Part shown: in pieces, positions 1 to 14,202 of the stretch | Position numbering within the stretch: position 1 is the first letter of the stretch | How the letters are laid out: each line of letters starts with the position of its first letter | Translations under genes and position numbers: made by a program | Source of the DNA: Ginglymostoma cirratum | Lineage: Eukaryota | DNA length: 64,000 nt | Assembly (NCBI GenBank): GCA_024137785.1 | Contig: JAHRHZ010000019.1 | Coordinates: 44,631,434-44,695,433, forward strand | Direction of reading: 5' to 3' | The notes under the pieces: model-generated | Told to the model about the DNA's origin: nothing | The model's database searches: none | The model's input: only the letters and a program-made list of their open reading frames with translations

Positions 1-106
1 TCCCCCATTTCTGATGAAGGGTTTAGGCCCGAAACGTCAAGTTTTCCTGCTCCTATGATGCTGCTTGACCTGCTGTGTTCATCCAGCCCCATGCTTGTTA
101 TCTCAG
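1..106 (+). mobile_element. Penelope-like element 3' end/pLTR fragment
   Basis: ctgatgaaggg...cccgaaacgtc followed by gatgctgcttgacctgctgtgttcatccagc, a tail related to other copies in the window. Confidence 0.7.
8..41 (+). ncRNA. Minimal type I hammerhead ribozyme motif (PLE-associated)
   Basis: UUU-CUGAUGA-A-GGGU(UUAG)GCCC-GAAA-C-GUC-AAG: intact core, 4-bp stem II, ACGU palindromic stem III, GUC triplet, weak stem I. Confidence 0.6.
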
Positions 107-494
107 TCCTATTTTGCTCATTTTTTTGCACTAAACAATAAACAATACAAGTGAGCCTGACAGATTTTTATTTCGGCAAAAATAGCCTGGAGACAATGAG
201 ACTGTTTCTCCTAGCTAAAGTCAACTCATTCAATAAAGGCTGAGGATCAAATTTGGAACTTTCTGATTTGGTATGGTTCTACGTTACACCATTACTGCCC
301 CTGTTCATCAGCCTGGGTAAAGGTGTGCCATTCCTTTCTAGTTGGATATGATTCATTGCTAACACAGACTGGTTCCAAGGATGGGAGATTGCAGTTTCAC
401 GGATGGGGCTTAAAGGTTTCAAATAGAGTAATTAATGACTGAACACTTGATGATCAAAATTTCAGGTTGTTGCCAGGAGAACCTAAATTGAGGT

Positions 495-785
495 GGCATG
501 CATTTAAGGTGATAAGGGGAAATTTCAAAGGAGATATGAGGGACAAGCTTTTTTACACAAAGAGTGGTAGGAGTCTGGAACACACTGCCAGGGGTGGTGG
601 TGGAGGCAGATATGATAGGGGTATATAAGGGACTTTTAGATAAGCACATGAATATGCAAGGAATGGAGGGATATGGACCAAGGGCAGGGAGGAGGGATTA
701 GTTTAATTTGACGTTTTGTCTGGCTCAACATTGTAGGCCAAAAGGCCTCTTCCTGTGTTGTGCAGCTCTATGTTCTGTGTTCTAT
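495..785 (+). mobile_element. CR1 LINE 3' fragment
   Basis: ORF2 C-terminus (FFTQRVVGVWNTLP) plus 3' UTR ending in ctatgttct-like repeats. Confidence 0.85.
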
Positions 786-786
786 A

Positions 787-1160
787 AGTGACCTTACTGA
801 AACATACAAGATTCTTAGGGGACTTGATAGGGCATATGAGAAATGGCTGTTTCTCCATGTGAGAGAGTCTAGGACCAGGAAGCATATTCTCAGGATAAGG
901 GAACACATATTTAAGAGAGGGGTGAGGAGGAATTTCTTCTTTCAGAGGGTAGTGAATCTGTGGAATACTTTACCACAGAGGGCTGCGGAGGCTAGGTCAC
1001 TAAGGCTGAGATAGATCTTTTATCAGTAAGGGAATCAATGGCTATGGGGAAAAGGCAGGAAAGTAGAGTTGAGGATTATCAGATTAAACATGGTCTCATT
1101 GAGTTGCAGAGTAGACTCATTAGACGACTTCTGTTCCTCATCGTATGGTCATATGGTCTT
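787..1160 (+). mobile_element. CR1 LINE 3' fragment (second subfamily)
   Basis: ORF 760-1014 DLTETYKILRGLDR...RRNFFFQRVVNLWNTLPQRA is the CR1 ORF2 C-terminus; followed by 3' UTR. Confidence 0.88.
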
Positions 1161-2749
1161 ACATCCATTGCACAGACCTCTCAGTTGCTTTTTTATCATC
1201 AAATTTTCTGTCCAATTTGCCAGGGTACATTCTAAGTCTTGGAGTATTGGAACAGGTATAAACTAGCTTTCTTTATATGATTACTTCTCTTGTATAAAAT
1301 CCTTTTTCCACAAAAGCAAATAATCTTCTGTATTTTAAAATCTAAATAGTCTTTGGGCATTGTATCATGTAACTTCCATGAAGTAGCTTTCTCCTTACAC
1401 ATAGGATTTGTTCTTCAGCAGCAGGTCCCATTCAAATCAGAGTTAAGATCAGATTCCAAGTTAGAATGAGAGGAGAGCCATTTGTAGCTGCAGTGACTAC
1501 AACAAATGACTCCTGTTCTACCTTTTGTACAATACAATGTGCATTCATACTTTTAATTATGTTTACAACAGAACTGCGTGACTAAAATTTTAAATTAATA
1601 TTACCATTTGTACAACTAATACATTACAACTTGTTAGCAAGTACAATGAGAACCATCTAAATTATGATGATGCAATGATCAAATCATTCTGCCATCAAAC
1701 TCCAGCCCAGAATGAGCATGGGAAGAGAGAGATCTTAAACTGAGCAATAGAGATCTATATTTGACCATGTACTTTGTACAAATTTAAATAAATATATGCT
1801 ACAGTCCATATGGAGTTAAAGAGCCTTTCTCAGAGATAAGGAGTGAGCACATGTACAGTGTATTTGCAGACACCCATAGCCTGAGATAATCCAGACAGGC
1901 ATCTCAATGTGCAGGTAGCAGTATTTGTTTCGAGTACAGTTGCAGAGAGGTGGAAAAAAATCCTCCAGAGTCATAATCTAAGTTCAACACAGGATCCGAG
2001 GAATAGAACAGAAAAGGTAAGACCCCAAAGATTGGAGAGGACTTCGGAAGGCTTCAACAAAAACATAACAACTAAGGTGCTTGCAAAAGAAAAGACTCCG
2101 AAGACAGGGAAAAAAACAATCTTGGAAGACTTGGACTACAGGGCTATAGATTGGGGAGATTTTAGAGGGTGGGAAAAAGAACCTTGGAAGACTCTGAAGC
2201 TTAGCCACAACTCAGCAATTCTTTAGCGAATAAAAACACTGTTGACATGCTCTTATCGAATAAGAAGGAAAAACCTATGTATACCTCAGATCTGACAGGC
2301 ACAGTACTCCATAGGGAGGCAGCTCCAGCACAGACTTTGCCATTAGCTCAGCCATTTGCAAATGCCAAAGGCCACAATGAGGTAAGGAACCACTGTAAGC
2401 AGCAGCTTCAGGTTTCTACATGAAGGAGCAGTGCCACGTAGTTTGAAACAGCTCATGCTTTTCTGGTAAGGCACCATGGAGGAAAATACTGCACAGTATG
2501 ATAAATTGATTAAAACATTCAGTAAGTAGTTTAGCCAGTAAAGTAATTCTTCATGGGGTTGCAGGTAGCAGAATATTATAAATGCTGCTGGTTGGGAACT
2601 CTACATAATACTTTAAGCTAACAGCACTTTCACCACCTCAAAAACAAAGAAAATGTTCTTAAAAGGAAATTTCCAAAGAAATTTGGATTCCACATAGAAA
2701 CCATCCAACAGCGAAAAGCTTCAGTGAGTAAAAGATAAGCACAAAATGT

Positions 2750-3990
2750 GAAAGCACCATTTTTAGGGTCATCAAGGGGAGTCGAAACTGGTTCTGGATC
2801 ATCAACTTGAAGATATAAGGGTTTATAACACAATTTAAATTGATACAGGAGTAGCTGTTTCAAAACTGGCAGACAGCTTGGTTAAAGTCTGAGAGCGTAA
2901 ACTGAGATAAAACCTAAAGTTCAGGAGGCACAGACCTTCAGGTAAATCACCTCAAAGCTTAGACACACAGTTGAAATGTCAGTGAAACATTGTTGTGTGT
3001 GGATAAATCAAAATAATTCTTTGTTGAGCAGAAATGTATGCATTTATCTCGATTTCTTAGAGAAAGTGGATACAGTATTTCAAAATGAAGACAGAGAATT
3101 TCAACAAGAATTTCTAAAGTTGCTCAAAAATGTAGGCAAAATGAAGCAGGAAAATCATATTAATCTTCATGACAATGCTCAACCCCCTTGCTTGTACATT
3201 CGCAGGGTAATTCCTCAACTGTTAATGAAAAAAATCAAAATCTCAGTTGAACAACACTATTGAAAGTGGGGTAATATTGTCAGTGGCAGAATTGGCGCAA
3301 TGGTGCTCAGGTTTAGATAAGATTTCCAAGACAAATTGGGAACAATGAATGTGTGTGGCTCTTGCTTGTTAAGCAAGGAGTTAAGAGAGAGATTATCTCA
3401 TTTTTTCTTCTGATATAGCTTGGCAAAAATTGCCACACGCAAGTTGTTTGTAAGAGCGGATGTCAACTATGGGTTCTGGTAGAGGGCCAAAAGCACTACA
3501 GCTACAATATCAGTCAGCCCGAATTGCTTAAACTATCTACTATGTGGGATCTCCACCACACCAGAGATTTTCCTAAGTGCAATGCCAAGAATCTTGGAAG
3601 GAAAACAGGGAATCATTTGCCAAATGGATGATACCCTAATGCTTGACAAAATGTAAAAAATGAACATGACCAGAAGGTCAGGTATGTGTTGAAAGCACTG
3701 AGGAATGCAGGCTTCAGGGTAAATGAGAAATGTCAATTCTTTCGAATGATGATTACACGGTAGGTGACATTATCCAAAGCAAGGCATCAAAGTGAATTGA
3801 AGGAAGAAAAGAACCATCAGTGAACTCTGGTATGAAAATGTGTATGTGATGTACATATTCTTAGGTATGGTAATGTAGGTCAAGTGTGAAAGTTTATCCC
3901 CAAGTGAACCAGTGTCACTCAATCCAAAAAAAAGAGTTTGTCAAAAAAAAGCTCCAATGATATTGTCTGTAGGACTAGGAGCAGTCCTTA
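2750..3990 (+). mobile_element. Decayed Ty3/Gypsy LTR retrotransposon pol (protease + RT); gag-like sequence may extend upstream to ~1800
   Basis: Protease-like IDTGVAVS at ~2838-2862; ADVNYGFW* (cf. KLDANSGFWQ) at ~3455-3481; CGISTTPEIFLSAMPRILEGKQGIICQMDDTL at ~3543-3638 (RT YxDD region); FLGMV at ~3858. Many stops and frameshifts. Confidence 0.8.
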
Positions 3991-3994
3991 TTCA

Positions 3995-4330
3995 AGTGCA
4001 GAACATGAAAAACTTCACAGGATAGATATTAGACTGTTTTTCCCCTGTGGAAAAGTCTCGGACCAGAGGAATAATCTCAGAGTTAGGGATTATCCAACTA
4101 AGACAAGGATGGAAAAAAAAAAAATCTTCTCTCAGCGGATTGTGAATTAGTGGAATTCCGGGTCATTGTGGACATTCAAGGTTGGAAGAGATAGATTTTT
4201 AATCAATAAAGAGATCAAGGTTTATGAAGAAAAGGCAGGACAGTGGAGTTGAGGATTATCCGATCAGCCATGATCTCATTAAATGAGTCGATGTGCCAAT
4301 GTCTTATTTCTATTCCTTTGGCTTTTGGTT
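3995..4330 (+). mobile_element. CR1 LINE 3' fragment
   Basis: RLFFPCGKVSDQR...IFSQRIVN and a 3' UTR similar to 787-1160. Confidence 0.8.
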
Positions 4331-4344
4331 TTGCTGTATTAAAT

Positions 4345-4445
4345 CTGCTAAAAATCTGAAACAAAAATGGAAATTACTGGAAAAAATACAATAGGTCAGG
4401 CAGCAACCATGGAAAAAGAAAAATAGTTGATGGGTAGCATTTAAC
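4345..4445 (-). mobile_element. Penelope-like tail fragment (degraded)
   Basis: ctggaaaaaatacaataggtcaggcagca resembles the gctggagaaactcagcaggtcaggcagcat tail at 46650, 46990 and 51750. Confidence 0.5.
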
Positions 4446-7400
4446 ATCTACTTGGAAGTGAGTATGGAGGTGGGGAGGAGTCTGTTAATAAAGGCTGGAG
4501 GATGTCCGTGGAGCACTGCCACAGTTCAGGTTCTGTTTCAGTGAAGTCCAGGACAGTCTTCCCATCTTGACACAAACTGCAGTCCTTAAGTGGACAATTA
4601 ATGCGGGGAGCCTGAAAAGCAAAATATTGTTGGTCTACTTGTCGGCTTCTATGGCAAGGGGAGAGCGAGGCGTTCCCTGGTTGCCAGTGCTTGATAAAGA
4701 GATCCAGCATTGTAAAGAGTGGGCCTGCTGAGTGCCAACCCCAGTCCCTTCCTGACAATCCCCTTTCTGCAACATCTGAGTTCCTTGAAATTGGGTACAT
4801 TGCAGGCAACTTTCATCACTCCTGATAGCACTGCTTCCAACAGACAACTTCCAGGCTCTAATGTCCAGCAGCTCTCGTTTGTGAGGCAGGGGTTGGGAGG
4901 CAGAATTTCCATCCCCTAGGATCTGTGCTACGCTATGGGATGCCTTTCCCAATGGAATGGGCAAGGACACTGTTGCCTGAAGTTAATTCTATCCAATGCA
5001 ATGTTTCAGATCAAAGATCTTTCAGCATTTCTAACACAGTTTACAATATAAGACATGGAATGCAAAATAGGGACTTAGGAAATTGGAAAACACGAACTCC
5101 CAACCCCAAATCCTTGTGAATTAGATTCAAGGATGAGTTAGAAACAAGAAAGTCAAAGAATTATGGGTGATAGACTGGAAAGTGGAGTTATAGTTACATC
5201 AAATTAGCTATGATTTTATTAAATGGTGAAATAAGTTCAAGGAGTTGAACATAACTTATCCAAATCAGGCCAAGGAGGAGCAAATCTAACCTTTGCTCTT
5301 TGTTGATGTGGGCGTACTATTTTTTTAGCAGTAAGGTACTTCTACAGATATTCTTCTTTGGATATGATCCCAGGGTGACTTTGGGGGAGGCCTAGTGTCA
5401 TATAGCAGAATCATGGTATTGTTCTTGAGCAATGCCAAGATGCCTTTTGGGAGAGGCAAGGTACACTTTGAGATAATTGAGACAAATTAGACACCCATGT
5501 AGACCTTGAATTGTCAAGCCCACTGGAGTTGAAAGCAGAGGTGTCAAAGGAACCATCAAATATACTACAAGGAACTGTTAAAACGAATCATCAAACGTGT
5601 CAAAAGGAACAGTCAAAAGCATCTGACAAGCTGCTGAGATTGTAAAAGGTCCAGCTCTTCCAATATTTGAAAAATTTATCTCAAGTGCTTTAAAACATAA
5701 TTACTCGTTACTGCACTCTGTCCTTTGACATAAATCTGATCCTATCATTATTAGATTAATGCTGTATTATTAATTTCATAACCTTCCATTATCACAATGA
5801 TGTGCCTACCAGGCATCTCCATTTGATTGACACCTTCGAGAGTTTGTACGATCTGAAATGGAATTATGAATTCCAATGCTTCATTTTTGTAAGGGATTGA
5901 GCAGTTGAATGAATTCTTCATTCTTAGAAGGAATCACACAGGAAGGAATTAAAGTGTAGTCAACAGGTTTTTTTTTTAAAGAATATGTTTTTAAAAAAGT
6001 CAGCAGTTGATACTTTAACCTTCAGTTTATCTCATCTCAGCTTAGGTCCTGAGGTCTGCCCAAGTTAGACACTGGGTGAGTTGACACGGAACGGGTAAGG
6101 ACAAAGGATGGTGAGCATGATTTGGTATTAATTGGCATATTTGCTATAAAGAGTGTAGGTTGAGGGAACAGGTTGGCATTGGGATTATAAATGCCATGAG
6201 GAATGAATGGGTGGGCTTGATGTGGCTTGGTGTGAAGTGGAACATGTGGAGTGTTTGTGGGGAGCCAAAATGAGATGGCTGAGGACTGTATTATATTTTA
6301 TCGTTTGTTTATTAAGTTCCAGCACAGTGTTAGAGCACCAAGGAACACCTTCACTTAACTCGCCCCCTACACTCAGCAAACTTGGTGCTTGGTCTTGGGT
6401 CACCCTGGCCTGACTCCCGGAGAACCTTCCTCCCTTTCCACAAAATGAAAATCCCATCTTCTGGGGTACTTCCTCCTTTCATTTCCTATTTGATTTGTTT
6501 GCGGAGCTGGCAAATGTCATCTGCCCTCTTGACCTGGAAATAAAAATTCAGATTGCAAAATCAACACAATTTTGGATATCAACAGGGCTGTTGCCTAGAA
6601 GATTCTACCAGGAATTGATTTTTTAATAAGTAGCAAGAGGAAAACTTTTTGTCCATCAAGCCTATTCAATCCAGAGTCCATTCATGATTATTCTATTGTC
6701 ATAAATGCGTATCTATTTTACAAACAAAGCCAATATTTCTATAAAATGGATGAAGTAATTGGTACAAAATGACTCCAATTGATGACCTTTGTGGATTCAA
6801 CTGATACTGGGTCCAGACTGTATTGTTCCAAATAAAAATGATGCGACGCTTTTTTAAATTTATTGAACATTTTGAAGGGCGAACAAAAACTACTTGATAA
6901 TGGTTTCTTTGGAGGTTTAGAAAACACCTCGAACCTGACAAAATAAGATTCATCTGAGTTAATAGCTGAGATACTTAAAAAGTTAAATCACTCTGAATAA
7001 AAGTAAATGGATGAGTCTGTACCAAAACCTTGGCTGACCCAATTCCTAATATGCAAGCATGTTTTGGGGATAGCAGCTATTTTGAATTTTGATCTGGATA
7101 AAAGTCTTATGAGCAATTATTTTGTGTAATCACTGATTCTCAAGGCGGCAGATAAGCAGGACTACCGTACAGAACCAGTCTATCAAGAGTCACAAGTTAC
7201 AGTGCTGTAAAAGTGAAAAAACAGAGCCTACACTCACTCTTAGAAGCTGTTCTGCTCAGTGTGCCTGTGGGAATAAAAGTCACCAAGTCGACTATACCCA
7301 TCCCGTTACAGACCTCACCACAGCTGGTGAATTCTGACATCAGGTTTTCCACCCCTTCACATCAAAAAGATGAACTTCAAATGAGCCCTGTCTGCAACCA

Positions 7401-8400
7401 TTGTAGACAGTAATCATTTTCATATGTAAATTTTATCCTTGCTTTAAATCTTAATGTCTGTACTTTAGCTAATAACATTATCACTTTCTATTCAAATACT
7501 TTTAATGGTAAAAGTAGTACAGTAGCCTTGCTTAAAACATACATCTGCGCTGATTTTATTTGTTTTGAAAAGTTGAAACACCTGCGAATTAAATGTGGGC
7601 TACAAATTGTCTTGTATAAATTTAAAATTCTCAGATCCCTCAAAGGACATGCCTGGTGGTACATATGACACCATTGTGAATTTCCTGTACTATCACTACT
7701 CAGTGAACTGTGGTCAGAATCTTCTCAAGTCCGAAATGTTGTATACCACAGTGAGGAAGTCGGGAACATCAGGTGAGATGTTGAGTGAGGACTACATGAA
7801 CGTCAAGACTGAAAAGTCAGAAGTGTCAACCAAGTCCCAGGGTTCAAGACTACATACTCGCTAATACTCAGTGAGAGCCCTATTAATGGAGATTATCACT
7901 CATTATCATCCTCGCTACTGCTTAATCTCTTCTCACTAAAATGCACTGTCCCACTGGACGTCGAAGATTTCTAACATGAACATCAGAACAGGTACCTGGC
8001 AACTCCAGCTCACCAGTTGCTCCTCTGGACCTCTACATTGGACTTGGCATCAAAGTCTTATGGGACACTCTCTGGGCAGAGACCCCACATCCACAGGCAT
8101 TGGCACATGACATATACCAACCTCACCACACAACCATGGTACATCTCTAATCCGCTTACAGTACATTCCTGCACTTTGAACTGCACTAGCACTTCTCTTG
8201 GATTGCTGTTGCCAGGAAACATTGCTTGTCTAGACAGGCACCCAGTTCACAGATTGGACCAGGCTGCATCTCAAGGCTGCCTGTTTGCTCGTTTAGCACT
8301 CACTTACTTTGTACCTACCTGAGTGTTTACAGCACGCCTGACTTGCCTTGTCATTTTGCGCTTTGGCCTCACGCTAAATATTAAAGGCTCGCAGAATAAA

Positions 8401-8580
8401 TTTTTCTTCATTCACTCATGAGACATGGGTCTCGCTGGCTGGACAAAAATTTATTGACCATCCCTAGTTTCCCATGAGAAAGTGGTGGTGGGCTTTCTTC
8501 TTGATCTGTTGCAGTCCATGTGCCGTAGGTAGACCCATAATGCTGTTCACGAGGGATTTCCAGAATTTTGATCCAGTAAC
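8401..8580 (-). mobile_element. CR1/L2-group LINE 3' end (family ending in ...FKKAAHHHLL)
   Basis: Reverse complement matches the plus-strand copy at 35000-35160 and the SINE tail at 44615. Confidence 0.7.
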
Positions 8581-10859
8581 TCAAAAAGTTTTTGAATTTT
8601 GGGCATCAACCTACTGCGTGCCCTAAATCCTTGCCCTATTCACTCTTGGCCATGCAGGATAATAAGTGAATCCAACAAATCACTGTGATGCAATAGTAAT
8701 GTTTTGCTACAAGGAAAGATCCTCTAGGCAAAGAAACAACCTCCTGAGATTTACCCATTGCCTGCACGGTGCAGGAACTGCTCACCTCATCTTGTAGTCC
8801 TAAGGATGGCTATGCTCTGTACCTTCAGTTTTGTTACTGTGGCCAGACACAGGCATACACAGACAACTGATGATAAAATGGGTATATATATATTTACAAA
8901 TGTGAAAACATATTTATATTAACATGCCACCCTTGTTACCTCATGTGCCCTCAGAAAGTTGTCTTCTTTCATTCCTTCTCACCATGAATCAGTACAGTAC
9001 CAGCTTTTGTAGCTGGGTGGAGGGACACTGCCCTACAGTGGAGCCTGTTGGCTTTGGAGGTTCGGTCAGGTGACTGTGGGGTTGTTTGCGCTTACAGACC
9101 CAGACATACTGAGCATATCCTGCTCAAAGGCAGGTGCACTTCTGCAGTGTCCTGACAGAACATATCTGGGGTGTCCGTATGTAGTTTCTCATCCATCTGA
9201 GTGCCAATTGGTCTTCTTGTAAGGAAGGGCTACCTGGAGGGAGGTCAAGTCCTTCGTCCACTTGTTGTCTTGCTACTGGTCTTGAGAACTAATGTCTGGA
9301 GCAATGGAGTGCAGGTCAATGTACATGTCCAGCAGACTCTGTGATTGTTGTACCTGCCTCTTTAGGGCAGTCACCAACCTGTCCATGGAAGCAGACTGAT
9401 GCTTGCACACCTAGGACGTGCAGAGCTAGTTGCACAAGAGTCTTGGGGATGGGAGGCTGGAGGGCTGGATAGACAGTGACTAAGGAAAGATATTGAGTGA
9501 TAGAGCATGAGTCCTAGAATGAGTGAGAGGTAGCAGACAGATGATGGTGGCATTTACCCTGGCAGAGTGGAGAAGATCATTGAACTTCGTTTTGCCCTGC
9601 TGGGCGTTTTACCATACTGTAGATACAACACTGACCCAGGTGGCAATCATGGACTGGGCTGGCATAGTCTGGTGTCTTGGCTTCCTCTTCCAGTCCTAGA
9701 GGAAGAGGATGTCCGTTCTCTGTACCACACTGCCCAATGGGACCTCCAAATCCCTGTCTGCAAAGTGAGCCAACAATTTCTGTTGTCTGCTATATTTGGG
9801 CTGAACATCACAATCATACAGGGCAACTTCAGATTACCAACGCTTTACTGGGTGCCCAACAACATTCTAAGTATGTCACCAGCACCAGGGATCCTGGGAT
9901 ATCCCATAAGTGGTGATTGATTCCAGCCTCAGAGAGTGGGAGAATTGGCTAACGTTGGATGAGATGGGCACCAAAGATACATGGTACATTGTTAATGAGG
10001 CAAATTTCTCATGGGAGAAAACAGACCAGGACTCTCAGAGAGAAACCTTCATTGAAACTTGACAAAGTGGCACTCAGCCTGAAAACTGATTTTACAGCAC
10101 GTTTGGTTTGAAACTTTAATTAGGGAATTACAAAATATTCAGCCCAAAAAGAGGCACTTTAAATGTCCTGATACCTTTAAGCTGCTGACTTAAGCCAAAA
10201 AAAAAAATTTTCTGGGTGTTCAATATTTCCACTGTTTTGAAAGAAAGGTATATATATATATATTTTTCCCTCATTGCTAACCTGTAACCTTGTTCATAGC
10301 TTGCCAACAGAGTATTCATAAATATCTCAATATCCATTTCTGCTAAAGAGAGAGCAAAAGGTGAGAGAATACTGCTTTCTAAACAGGTTTGCACAAGAAA
10401 ATAAAGCACTTTCTCACCATAACCATTAAGTTTGGTATGATGAATTCCCAGAACTGTTTTTAGCATCTGTGAAATAGCTGTATAATGGAAACTTCTGAGC
10501 AAAAGTGTGAGGAAAGTAGAGAAAAAGAGTGTAAAATGCATTATGGTGCCTCGAAAAAAAATCTAAATGACTGGGGCAGCAACCAGTCTGTGCTGTTTTT
10601 GGAAATATCAAAAACCTGCTCTGGCCTGCTGTAGAGATAGGCAGTATTCAAATTTCTCAGTTAAATGATTTTAACATTGCTCCAAGCAGGCCTGCACTCG
10701 CAACAGTGAGTTGAGAATCATTTGCAGTGAGAAATGGTGCAGACAGGCTACATATCTGAAAGTCAATTCGTATCTCTTCAAGGCCTCTGCCCTGAAAAAT
10801 CAAGCAGCATCTGCTTTCTGCTTTTACTGTAACTCTAAACAAGAAGAAGGAGGATTAGG

Positions 10860-11420
10860 GTGCAGAGATGCTTCCCAGATACATGGATGTGGTGCTGAAC
10901 ATGGAGATGAACAAGAAATGACCATATTTTATCCACGCCTCAAAAGATTCTTACAGACCATCTTCAGCAGGAAATGGAAGCAGATACCCTGAGAAGGCAA
11001 TTCCCAGAATGCAGTGCTCAGAAATTAGCAGCAGTGTCGTAAGAAGACTAACAACCTCATGCAAATCGTCAAAGTCATTGAAAGCTTTTTTCACAAATCT
11101 ATGTATGCACTACCTATTTATGCCGCGCAATGCAACAAACTCCCACTCACCCATCAGCGCTTCCTGGCACTCAGCATATGCGGACTGATATTACAGATTA
11201 GCCTCAGACACGTTCCAAAATAGCACCTACTCACCCGGTTCCCACTTCTTCAACGTATTTTCAGCTACTGAACGACATGAAACTGCGATGTAGCACAATC
11301 GCTGTCATTTTTTCTCCTCTCATGTAAGAGGAACATGACCCAAACTCGGAAGAAATGGAGCAGAATCAAAGGGGGAACAAGGAAGCTTGCATCCCTTGCC
11401 CCTTATAGAGTAGATAGTTC
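10860..11420 (+). mobile_element. PIF/Harbinger Myb/SANT-like ORF relic
   Basis: RN*QQCRKKTNNLMQIVKV at ~11020-11076; second segment TQTRKKWSRIKGG...LAPY at ~11338-11406 (cf. HNRRER.KTGGG). Confidence 0.55.
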
Positions 11421-14202
11421 TCTCCATCGTGAGACCATCACAATGATATTCATTGTCACTGATGACATTAAGGATGACGGTACATACATCTTTTCAACTT
11501 CCACCTCACCACTTTCCTGGTATCCAGCATGAACAGCAACCTGCAGACAATTTGACCATGGATTACCTTACTTTTCTCCTTATCTCTTTTGCTTACCCCA
11601 CTTTCTGTTCTCAGACACCAAAACCTGCTGCCTGCCTCCCAACAGCTTTCTCAGGAAGGCGGAGAGCATAACTCTGCAGAAGAGACTCCATCACCTGATC
11701 TGACCTGATCTGCAAACACAAGCTCAGATACAGGCACTCTATGTGCTTCAGAGGCCAGATACGAAATGGGATCGGCCCATGCTGTGTCACTCGGTTTAAG
11801 TGGGATACAGTCATTGCTGGAGGCCAAGTCAGTTTATATGCCAGACACTGATAAATTCTTTCATGGGGACAGGACAAAGGAGAGGCTGGCATCTGCAGCT
11901 CTGTCTTCACTCTGTATTGCAATTTCATATCCTTTTAATTTTAGCAATTCATAATAATTATTGATAATTCTTAAAAATTCCAAATGGCATTGCCATCTTG
12001 TATTAACTAGAAGAATATTACTCTAACAGGCAAATGGAGATACATGGAGAAATGATTCAAACTAACCTTGATATCAGACACTTTGTTGAGCAGTTGTTGC
12101 GTCCGCTCCCATTTTGAATTTTTCAACATTCATGCTGTTCATTGTAGTACTCAGATAATTTTTATTTTTCACTGCATAGGCAGTAATCTGTCAGAGAGCA
12201 TCATCCACTCAAGATGCAAGGTGTGTCTTCATACCATGCTCAGTTTGGAATGATCCTAACATCGATCTTTCAGACTAGAGTATGATCAGTCGAATTTTTA
12301 AAAGTGTTCTCAGCCCATGTTAGTTACTTCAATAAGATGACTAAACGACTGCTTACAATGTTGAGGTAAGCAAATTTACAACAAAGACAACAAATAATAT
12401 ATTTGCATTTGTGTTGAAACTTGAATTATTTGAGTCAATATTTTCCAAGTATCTCTGCTTAGATATAATCTATATTAGAACTCAAAGACAGTATTTTCAA
12501 CTATTTTACCACCGATAGTCCCATATCTCACCCCCTTTCATTTCCTCCTTTCTAAAAGTGTGACATCTTTGATTTACAATTATGAAGCAAATGAGATATA
12601 TTTCAGTTCAAGATGGGCATTTTCTTTGTTTCTTTCAACCAACTGGAAACAATTCTCCATTATAACCTGCATGCTGGCACCAATTTCACATGAAATTATT
12701 CCCAAGACTTCACTTACCTGAGCCTATGCTGTTTGTGGTGCGGGTTTGTACTTCTGAAAGTGCATTTTTAACCATTGCAGCGAGTTCCATATTTTTAGTT
12801 GAGCCTCCAATAGTGGATGATTAGCTGAAGGGTCAATATCTATTTCAAATTACTTCCTGATTTCTGACTTTCCTTCCCTTTGTAAGCTGTACTTCAGAAC
12901 TGTCAGCATCAAGAGTATAAGTCAGCGCACTTAAAATTAGATCAGGGTGGTGTAGAAAGCATTCACCTGTGTCAGATCCAGCCTCTAAAGGTCAAATGCT
13001 CTTCTACTGGTGAAACAATGTACGTGACCTCGAAGCACAGCTGAGCCAGAATGAGGAGAAATACCCGGATGAAAATAAAACTTGCTTCCTCTTGGAGAGA
13101 GGGATGCAAAAATGACTTTACAGAGTGACTTAAAGAGGAAAAACATTTTCACAAAAGTCATTGTTTAGGTAGGAAAACACGTTATGTTATGATAGACTCC
13201 TATGCTACCACGCAAGATCGAATGACTGAAAGTAAACAGTGACATCAGTTGCCCAAATTTGATGATGTAGTTTGCATTTTCTGTCTTTTGGGTGTTAATC
13301 CTCTCCCAAGTGGTTAAGAATCCCTGTGAACTAGTCATTAAAATGGATTGGTGTCCTCTTGGGGACATGTCTTGTTAGATACTGTAGTTGTAATGAAAAT
13401 GTACATGACATCATCATAGGCTATGCAATTATCTCACTAACAGTATACATCCGAATACATTTAAAAATACTTCAATTGCACTATGTAAATAAATATAACA
13501 ATAAAAGAACATGAGCCAACAAATTGCAGAGTTTATATTCATGGACTGTCCTGCACAGTAGATACATTTGCAAATCCATGAGCAAATGATAACAACCTTT
13601 CATTAAAAATGAAAGTTGTGTAAAGTTAAGACTATACAAAACCGATGACATTTTTAAAAATAGAAAGCATTTGGGATGCATGTACACTTCCTTAATACCA
13701 CTTTTAATGAGAAGGCTAGTCTTAAAAAAGTTTGTCTTCAGTTCAGTTTCTGCACTTGACTAAATGAAGTGAATGCAGCCATTCACAGAAACTACTCTAA
13801 AAGAATTGCTTGAAGACAATATAAAAATATTAGTATGTATTTAGCCAGGGCATGAAGAGCTGTTATAACTTGGGTCTTTTTTGAGGATTGTTAGATAAAT
13901 CTTTTAGTCTGTTTACACGATGAAAAAGTGGAATCAACTTTGTAGAACTTCATGATATCAAATTTATGTTATCAAATATATCACTAATGTTACCTTTTCA
14001 GGTCACTAACCGAACTTATTTCAGCACATTTGCCAAACTGCCATTATTTTAGTCATATTACCAAGAGATTTGATGAAAAAAACAGAAATAATTGGTTATT
14101 TTTATCCTGCAAAATTATTGTGTAGGGTCTATCCAACAGGTGTGGTTAGTAGAAGAAAGTCACAATCCGTTCTTTTTCTACATTTTTAAATTCCCTAATT
14201 AA

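Noticed and set aside
300-345. Minus-strand KEWHT resembling the next neurexin exon (NDNEWHTVRV)
   Set aside because: Context reads RKEWHTFTQAD with no KGPETLF or RRGK; chance match. I did not find the next exon in the window.
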